From a virus (Duplodnaviria > Caudoviricetes), in IMG/VR virus record IMGVR_UViG_3300033069_001378, positions 188,527 to 252,526 of that record: a stretch of 64,000 bases of DNA; one strand, written 5' to 3'. Within the stretch, counting starts at the first letter, position 1; the number at the start of each line of letters is the position of its first letter. The position numbers and the translations under genes were made by a program. Of the stretch, positions 58,789 to 64,000 are shown piece by piece. The notes under the pieces are model-generated. The model had not been told where the DNA came from. It worked only from the letters and a program-made list of their open reading frames with translations, and did not search any database.

Positions 58789-59571
58789 TCACTTGTTTTT
58801 GGAGTTTGTGACAATGCTCATAAGTTCTTCAACGGATAGCTTCTCTTTTCTTTCTAAGAGAGGAACGGTTTTTGTTGATGATGATGATGGCGTAGCATGG
58901 GTTTGAGCTTCCTTTATCATTGCTCTTACCTTTTTGAAGGCACTCTCAACATAAGGAAGGAACTCGCTTGAGTTTCTTGGAATCTGTTGCGCTACCTTTT
59001 CTGCAATGATAGCTTTCAACTGAGTCTCGCTGCCGTGGGAATTTCTGATATCCTCGGCAGTAATCTTGAACTTTGGTTGCACATGAACTTGTGGCTGTTG
59101 ATGTTGTTGTTGCGGAGCAGAAGATACGACGCTAACATATTCAGAGGTAACAGTTGCCTGTTGCTCGTTGAGTGAAGCTTGAGCAGATGAAGCTGGTGCC
59201 TTTTGAACAATCGCTTCTGCTGTGATCTTGAACTCTCTTTCAAACTGAATGTCTAGAACGGTTGGTGTGAAGTACCTTGAGCCCATCAAGACTTCCATCT
59301 TGCCAACGTAATACTTGTTTTCCTTGATAAGTCCTTCATCCATGGAGGGAATGCAAACGGCTACGGTTCCGTTCTCTTCTTTTCTAACAGGGAAAACAAG
59401 ACCCAAACCTTTGCCATCTCCATCTTTCTCGGTTAAGACAAAGCGAAACTGAGGGTTCTGAGCACCTGGCTCTGAGGTTGTTCCTTGAACATGAAGCTTG
59501 AACTTCAATTCTTGGCTTTCGTTAAGCTTCAATTTTACAGTTGTTGAACTCATCTTAGAATCTCCATACAT
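58789..59571 (-). CDS. hypothetical protein
   Basis: 260-aa ORF (start may be MSSTT at 59553). Confidence 0.65.
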   Translation of the reverse strand: MYGDSKMSSTTVKLKLNESQELKFKLHVQGTTSEPGAQNPQFRFVLTEKDGDGKGLGLVFPVRKEENGTVAVCIPSMDEGLIKENKYYVGKMEVLMGSRYFTPTVLDIQFEREFKITAEAIVQKAPASSAQASLNEQQATVTSEYVSVVSSAPQQQHQQPQVHVQPKFKITAEDIRNSHGSETQLKAIIAEKVAQQIPRNSSEFLPYVESAFKKVRAMIKEAQTHATPSSSSTKTVPLLERKEKLSVEELMSIVTNSKNK

Positions 59572-59594
59572 TTTTATTCATCGAATAAATAGTG

Positions 59595-60164
59595 TCACTC
59601 ATCATCTTTGTCTGCATCAGAGCCGGGAACTTTCTCCACAATAAGCTCACAATCAATTCTATAATCCGAATACGGCTCCAAAACTCTTTCGAGGACCACA
59701 GGTGGTTCCATAGATTTGGTGGTTATATAAAAGCTTGAGGACACGATAACGTTCTCAAGAACTTCTGCCTTGGATTCAAAGCTTCCGCTGTAGTTCATGA
59801 TTCGTTTAACGGCTTCCAAGAACTTACCTTCAACCATTGGCTTGGTAATGTCAATCTTGACGCCATCGATGACGATATCAATCTGATCGTTTTCTCCAAC
59901 GAATCGAAACCATTCTGGATCTTCGTCTGGATGATAGGGAACTCCGTTAACAGAAATGAGCTTGTGCTCAATGAATATGTTGACAAAGTTCTTCTTTGGT
60001 TCCTCAACACGCTTCTTACCTGAATCGGAAGAACCTCCACCCTTTCCAACAATGACCGGACCTGCTAAGCAAACAAGGTCATATCCTCCATCATAGAAGA
60101 AACAAACCTCGTCATATAACAATCTAGGATCATCATAGGTATATGGTGGATCAGGAAGCGACAT
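59595..60164 (-). CDS. hypothetical protein
   Basis: 189 aa, YD-rich N-terminus. Confidence 0.6.
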   Translation of the reverse strand: MSLPDPPYTYDDPRLLYDEVCFFYDGGYDLVCLAGPVIVGKGGGSSDSGKKRVEEPKKNFVNIFIEHKLISVNGVPYHPDEDPEWFRFVGENDQIDIVIDGVKIDITKPMVEGKFLEAVKRIMNYSGSFESKAEVLENVIVSSSFYITTKSMEPPVVLERVLEPYSDYRIDCELIVEKVPGSDADKDDE

Positions 60165-60187
60165 TGATTGTTTTCAGAATATCACAA

Positions 60188-60757
60188 TCAAAAACATTTG
60201 ACTTCTGGAGAGCGGAGTTTGATTGAATCTGTGTCTGGATCAAACTCTACGTCAAACATAACCGTATGCTTTGCTGATTTGTATCCGTAAGCTTGGTTAA
60301 CCAAGTCAATGTATCCCCACTTGCCCTCTGTCTTTGCTGGATACATGTAGTCGCCCCAATAGAAGTCGTTACCAATTTGATAAACACAGAAAGCGTGACC
60401 GCTACCGCTCCAGTTGATTGTTGTAAACCAAACTCTGTCTGCAAGCTTGTTCTTCAAAATCATAGCACACCAATAAACTGCATGATCATCGCAGTCCATG
60501 TTCTTTGTTCCAAAGCTCTGAGTATTGATCTTATGTTGAACTGCGCATGGATGAATGCTTTGGTCCCATCTTCCCTTCTTGCCTGGATCTGGCTTATAGT
60601 CTCTGCCAAAATCAAGAAGCTCCGCAAGCCTTCTAGGTGAGTCGATTGTTATCAATCTATCTCCCTTTGCGTTATCAAGGGATTGTCTCATGGTCAATCC
60701 ACGCCAGTACATTTCTTTTATCGCGCCAAGTTTTATGAAGAATGCTTTTGCTGACAT
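60188..60757 (-). CDS. transglutaminase/papain-like cysteine peptidase
   Basis: DCDDHAVY, GHAFCVY, WGD Cys-His-Asp triad; AGGAG SD. Confidence 0.65.
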   Translation of the reverse strand: MSAKAFFIKLGAIKEMYWRGLTMRQSLDNAKGDRLITIDSPRRLAELLDFGRDYKPDPGKKGRWDQSIHPCAVQHKINTQSFGTKNMDCDDHAVYWCAMILKNKLADRVWFTTINWSGSGHAFCVYQIGNDFYWGDYMYPAKTEGKWGYIDLVNQAYGYKSAKHTVMFDVEFDPDTDSIKLRSPEVKCF

Positions 60758-60793
60758 TGTTTTGTTGTCTCCTTAAGCATAAGTATGGAAACG

Positions 60794-60824
60794 AAAAAGC
60801 CGACACGGAATCGTGTCGGCTTTT
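60794..60824 (-). terminator. intrinsic terminator of tRNA operon
   Basis: aaaagccgacacg-gaat-cgtgtcggctttt perfect hairpin. Confidence 0.85.
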
Positions 60825-60831
60825 CTTGTTT

Positions 60832-60854
60832 TGGAGCGGGTAGCGGGATTCGAA
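60832..60854 (-). repeat. displaced 3' fragment of tRNA-Gly (T54-U73 plus CCA); direct repeat of 61614-61633
   Basis: TTCGAATCCCGCTACCCGCT-CCA; 20-bp exact repeat. Confidence 0.95.
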
Positions 60855-61613
60855 AATGAAATTTGCATCATACTTAATTGTATGAAACCGCTTTTTACTG
60901 ATAGAGAATACCGCACAGCCAAATCTGGTGATATTTTACTGTGTGAATGTTATGTATGTCACTCGCACTTTGGCAAACAAAAAAGAGCGATTACAAAAGT
61001 TTACAACAAATCCGATTCAAACACTGGTCGATTCTGCTCTCAGAAATGCTTTGCGATATATAAGACCAAGCAATTTGCTACCAACTGCAAACAATGTAGT
61101 ACGCCAATTGTTAAAGCCGCGCGCGTAGCAAAAGACTCAAAGAGTGGAAACTTGTTCTGCTGTAGGTCTTGTAGTGTCACCTATAATAATAAAAACAAGA
61201 CTCATGGTACCAGAAGATCCAAGCTGGAAGCTTGGCTGGAATCGGAACTTGTAAGTTCATATCCAAACCTAGAGATTCACTTTAACAGGAAAGATACAAT
61301 CAACTCGGAACTTGATATCTTTATCCCTTCGCTTAAGCTGGCATTTGAGCTTAACGGTATTTTTCATTACGAGCCCATATTTGGCTCTGATAAGCTGACT
61401 CAAATTCAAAACAATGATTCTAGAAAATTTCAAGCTTGCTTAGCTGCAAGCATCGAATTTTGTATCATTGATACAAGTCAACAGAAATACTTTAAAGAGA
61501 AAAACTCTGCAAAATATTTGTCCATAATTCAGACAATTATAGACAATAAGTTGATTTTTAGCCGTGATAATCACGTTTCTAGTTCCGCCACGTAGAGGCA
61601 AATCAATGGAACC
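60855..61613 (+). mobile_element. endonuclease cassette inserted at tRNA-Gly 3' end
   Basis: 759 bp between 20-bp direct repeats; single ORF antisense to tRNA. Confidence 0.8.
60882..61595 (+). CDS. Zn-finger plus Vsr/DUF559-like PD-(D/E)XK endonuclease
   Basis: CxxC/FCSxxC repeats; SKLE, ELDIFIPSLKLAFELNGIFHY; start MKPLF at 60882. Confidence 0.8.
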   Translation: MKPLFTDREYRTAKSGDILLCECYVCHSHFGKQKRAITKVYNKSDSNTGRFCSQKCFAIYKTKQFATNCKQCSTPIVKAARVAKDSKSGNLFCCRSCSVTYNNKNKTHGTRRSKLEAWLESELVSSYPNLEIHFNRKDTINSELDIFIPSLKLAFELNGIFHYEPIFGSDKLTQIQNNDSRKFQACLAASIEFCIIDTSQQKYFKEKNSAKYLSIIQTIIDNKLIFSRDNHVSSSAT

Positions 61614-61684
61614 AGCGGGTAGCGGGATTCGAACCCACGATAACAACTTGGAAGGATGCTGTGTTACCACTACACCATACCCGC
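61614..61684 (-). tRNA. tRNA-Gly(TCC), no encoded CCA
   Basis: GCGGGTA/TACCCGC acceptor, CT-TCC-AA loop, GTGGG-TTCGAAT-CCCGC, U73. Confidence 0.92.
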
Positions 61685-61693
61685 ATGTTTTTG

Positions 61694-61903
61694 TTACTTG
61701 GAAAGTGGTCTGCTTAAAATCTCAAGCCTTACTTCTACAAGAAAGTCTTGGACCAAGATTTCCAAAAAAGTCTGTGACTTAAGCTCTGTTTCAAAGTCAA
61801 TTAAGCTTTGAAGATATCTTACTCTGTCTTGCTCGCTAGGTATTACCCCTAAACGAATCTGATTCACGGATGCGCAAATTTCTTCAAGTCTGTCAGGTGT
61901 CAT
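61694..61903 (-). CDS. small hypothetical protein between tRNAs
   Basis: MTPDRLEE..., 69 aa, purine-rich upstream. Confidence 0.45.
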   Translation of the reverse strand: MTPDRLEEICASVNQIRLGVIPSEQDRVRYLQSLIDFETELKSQTFLEILVQDFLVEVRLEILSRPLSK

Positions 61904-61975
61904 TTGTTTGTTCTCTTTCCAACAAAGAGTAAGTGTACGACAAGTTCTTGTTGGTGTCCATTTTTCTAAATGAGT

Positions 61976-62062
61976 TGGTGCGAATGGAGAGACTTGAACT
62001 CTCAAGCCCATTACAGGCAACAGCTTCTAAGGCTGTCGTGGTTGCCATTTCACCACATTCGC
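61976..62062 (-). tRNA. tRNA-Leu(TAG)
   Basis: ACAGC-CTTAGAA-GCTGT, long variable arm, ACCA end. Confidence 0.95.
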
Positions 62063-62068
62063 ATAATT

Positions 62069-62091
62069 TGGAGGAAGACAGACTAATCGAA
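62069..62091 (-). repeat. displaced 3' fragment of tRNA-Ser(CGA) (T54-N73 plus CCA); direct repeat of 62738-62757
   Basis: TTCGATTAGTCTGTCTTCCT-CCA; 20-bp repeat (21 with one adjacent matching base). Confidence 0.95.
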
Positions 62092-62737
62092 AATTCAGTT
62101 TCGATATATACTTATTGATATGCCTACCATATACACATTGCAATGTTCGTTTTGTTCTAAAGCTTTTCTACGAACTAAAAAAGATTTGAATAAATCAAAA
62201 AAACAAAATTCCAAAAATTCATACTGCACAAAATTATGCAAAAACTTGGCTTCTAACGCAAAAACAAAATATAAGTGTCATTTGTGCCAAAAAATGTTCG
62301 TTAGAAAAACGAGCTCGTCAAAAAACTCAAAATTAATTTTTTGCTCCAGGGCTTGCAATGCAAAGCATTATAACGCAAATAAACAATATGGAAACAGAAT
62401 TTCAAAGCTTGAAATTTGGTGCCAAAAAGAATTGGCAAAACAATACCAAAACTTAGAATTTCACTTCAATAGAAAAGACGCGATCAATTCAGAGCTTGAT
62501 ATCTACATTCCATCTCTCAAACTTGCGTTTGAGCTAAACGGGATTTTTCACTATGAACCTATATTTGGCAAATTGCAATTGAGCAAAATTCAAAACAATG
62601 ATTCTAGAAAATTTCAAGCTTGTATAGAGCGTAGTATTTCACTTTGCATTATCGACACATCATCTCAAAAATATTTTAAAGAAGCTTCATCTAAAAAATA
62701 TTTAGACATTATCACCAATTTAATTGATGAGAAATTC
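62092..62737 (+). mobile_element. endonuclease cassette inserted at tRNA-Ser(CGA) 3' end
   Basis: 646 bp, AT-rich, between direct repeats. Confidence 0.8.
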
Positions 62738-62752
62738 AGGAAGACAGACTAA
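62120..62752 (+). CDS. Zn-finger plus Vsr/DUF559-like PD-(D/E)XK endonuclease (paralog)
   Basis: 69/87 identical residues to the 60882 ORF in the catalytic domain; stop codon lies within the tRNA repeat. Confidence 0.8.
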   Translation: MPTIYTLQCSFCSKAFLRTKKDLNKSKKQNSKNSYCTKLCKNLASNAKTKYKCHLCQKMFVRKTSSSKNSKLIFCSRACNAKHYNANKQYGNRISKLEIWCQKELAKQYQNLEFHFNRKDAINSELDIYIPSLKLAFELNGIFHYEPIFGKLQLSKIQNNDSRKFQACIERSISLCIIDTSSQKYFKEASSKKYLDIITNLIDEKFRKTD

Positions 62753-62827
62753 TCGAAAGCCAACCGTTTATTAGACGATCCATCCGTTTTCGAGACGGCG
62801 GCAGCGAACCTTGCTGCTTTATCTTCC
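62738..62827 (-). tRNA. tRNA-Ser(CGA), no encoded CCA
   Basis: GGAAGAT/GTCTTCC acceptor, CCGT-CTCGAAA-ACGG, long variable arm. Confidence 0.85.
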
Positions 62828-62838
62828 ATGTTTTTATT

Positions 62839-62923
62839 TGGCGTTCCCGATAGGATTCGAACCTACATTAAGCTTTCGCTTTCCGCTTAGGAGGCGGGTG
62901 CCTGTCCGTTAGGCTACAAGAAC
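62839..62923 (-). tRNA. tRNA-Arg(CCT) with long variable arm
   Basis: CCGC-CTCCTAA-GCGG; extra AAGC-GAAA-GCTT hairpin; GCCA end. Confidence 0.88.
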
Positions 62924-62932
62924 ATAAAAAAT

Positions 62933-63006
62933 TGGCACCCATAATAGGACTCGAACCTACATCCCCCCGGTCGAAGCGGTTGCTCGTCCTTTTGAGCTAT
63001 ACGGGC
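62933..63006 (-). tRNA. tRNA-Arg(TCG), weak anticodon stem
   Basis: GCTC/GAGC D stem, CCG-CTTCGAC-CGG, GTAGG-TTCGAGT-CCTAT, GCCA. Confidence 0.7.
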
Positions 63007-63011
63007 ATAAT

Positions 63012-63086
63012 TGGCGGTTCATACAGGATTCGAACCTGTTCAAAGAGTTTCGTAGACTCTTATGCTATCCGTTACATCAATGAACC
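63012..63086 (-). tRNA. tRNA-Arg(ACG)
   Basis: AGAGT-CTACGAA-ACTCT; GGTTCAT/ATGAACC; GCCA. Confidence 0.95.
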
Positions 63087-63091
63087 ATAAT

Positions 63092-63164
63092 TGGAGGGGT
63101 GTATTAGAATCAAACTAATCTCAACCTGATTTGCAGTCAGATGCTCTCTCAGAGAGAACACCCC
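63092..63164 (-). tRNA. tRNA-Cys(GCA), non-canonical fold
   Basis: GGGGTGT/ACACCCC, CT-GCA-AA loop, U73-CCA; tiny D loop. Confidence 0.85.
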
Positions 63165-63171
63165 AAAAAAT

Positions 63172-63267
63172 TGGCAGAGAGCACAGGTTCCGACCCTGAT
63201 ACCTAGCCTTATGGTAGGCACAATCTGTTTAGCAAACAGTTCCGATCGCCATCACGGTTTACTCTCT
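63172..63267 (-). tRNA. tRNA-Ser(GCT)
   Basis: CTGT-TTGCTAA-ACAG, long variable arm, GCCA; T loop GTCGGAA. Confidence 0.85.
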
Positions 63268-63985
63268 ATAATATTTGAAATCACCCTTAAGATAATTTCT
63301 TAAATTCCACTGTATACCAAGAATATGATCTGTAACAATTCCATCTTGATACCTGATCGTTCTTCTCTTATCGCCTCTCATTCCGCTACCTACTTGGTTT
63401 TTCCTGTCCAACGATAGACTCTTGTTGTTCTTTTCGTTTTCTATGGAAACCAGCTTTGCTTTAAGCTGTTCGATAGCAGTCATCTTGTTTTGATACTGAG
63501 AGCGTCCGTTTTCGGATCTAACCGCAAGTCCTGTTGGGATATGCGTTACTTGCACAGCGGTTTCTGTTTTGTTTCTATGCTGACCGCCAGCACCAGAACC
63601 TCTGCATGTTTTGATCTCTAAATCTTTGGAGTATTCATTTAAGTCAGAATACGGTCCATTATCTTTTTCTTCTTGTCTTTCAGAGTCAGAAGCAAATACA
63701 GCTACAGTAATTGTGCTTGTATGAACCCTTCCTCTTTTCTCGGTTGGTGGCACTCTTTGTATTCTGTGACCACCGGACTCATTTCCAAATAACTCTTGCA
63801 AAAGAGCGTCTTTTCCTTTTACTTGAAAGACAATGAATCCTTCTGATTTCTCTGTGATTTCGATCTTAGTATCCGGGTCAAAGTCCGTGCAAAGCGCAAC
63901 GCTTGACATACATTCTGAATTGGTCTTCGACCAATAGCTTAGAATCCATTCCACCTTCTGCTGATCTAATCTCGATAATCATCAT
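63259..63985 (-). CDS. short class-I peptide chain release factor (PxT, GGQ), expressed via +1 frameshift, ~241 aa
   Basis: AGGAGA SD at 63993-63998; MMIIEIRSAEGG...RMY in frame 0 up to CTT TGA C; ESGGHRIQRVPPTEKRGRVHTS, GAGGQHRNKT, RSQYQNK in +1 frame. Confidence 0.9.
63877..63883 (-). promoter_or_regulatory. prfB-type +1 frameshift site CTT-TGA-C
   Basis: Codon 35 CTT, then in-frame TGA and C; +1 frame continues the RF domain. Confidence 0.8.
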
Positions 63986-64000
63986 TTTCCCGTCTCCTGT

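Noticed and set aside
60813-60881. N-terminal extension of the first endonuclease ORF
   Set aside because: Runs through the terminator and tRNA fragment; paralog comparison supports ATG 60882
61440-62118. Short ORFs overlapping the tRNA genes
   Set aside because: Incidental translations of tRNA sequence
60855-62737. Cassettes as group I or other tRNA introns
   Set aside because: ORFs fill nearly all of each insert, are antisense, leave no room for a ribozyme core, and the target is duplicated rather than split
63092-63164. Calling this tRNA-Pyl or tRNA-Sec
   Set aside because: Anticodon is GCA with U73; no CUA/UCA anticodon or long arm
63880-63954. ORF-track N-terminus MEWILSYW of the release factor
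   Set aside because: No RF similarity; the homologous N-terminus is in the other frame with a good SD
1-64000. CRISPR array or diversity-generating retroelement
   Set aside because: No regularly spaced repeat-spacer array and no reverse transcriptase or TR/VR pair seen; repeats are coding
1-64000. Stop-codon reassignment suggested by a phage release factor
   Set aside because: Long genes are intact in the standard code, TAA, TAG and TGA all end genes, and no suppressor tRNA is present in the window

Overview
A 64-kb segment of a large (jumbo/huge) tailed-phage genome, standard genetic code, densely coding and mostly on the minus strand. Left to right: a glycosyltransferase/FkbM-methyltransferase cluster (1-8.4 kb, interrupted by a tail-tube-like gene and a Cas4/RecB-like nuclease); a Prim-Pol gene; about 18 kb of Ser/Thr/Gly-rich modular tail-fibre/virion genes (including a 2,179-aa beta-repeat protein); PIN-PhoH; a degenerate GroEL; YkgJ-like, YkuK-like and ATP-grasp genes; many acidic hypothetical proteins with an LxxLIKEE-type helix; a possible lysis trio; Fe/Mn SOD; DnaE; patatin; more virion genes; and a cluster of 8 tRNAs downstream of a short class-I release factor gene. 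Highlights: (1) two paralogous Zn-finger/PD-(D/E)XK nuclease cassettes, each inserted antisense at the 3' end of a different tRNA gene and flanked by an exact 20-bp duplication of tRNA positions 54-73, with no integrase or transposase in the cassette; (2) a release factor with an RF1-type PxT motif that needs a prfB-type CTT-TGA-C +1 frameshift at a non-homologous position; (3) structurally odd tRNAs (Pyl-like tRNA-Cys, long-variable-arm tRNA-Arg); (4) a recurrent TA(T/C)TTA upstream motif, often coupled to hairpins. All family calls come from motif recognition by eye, not database searches.
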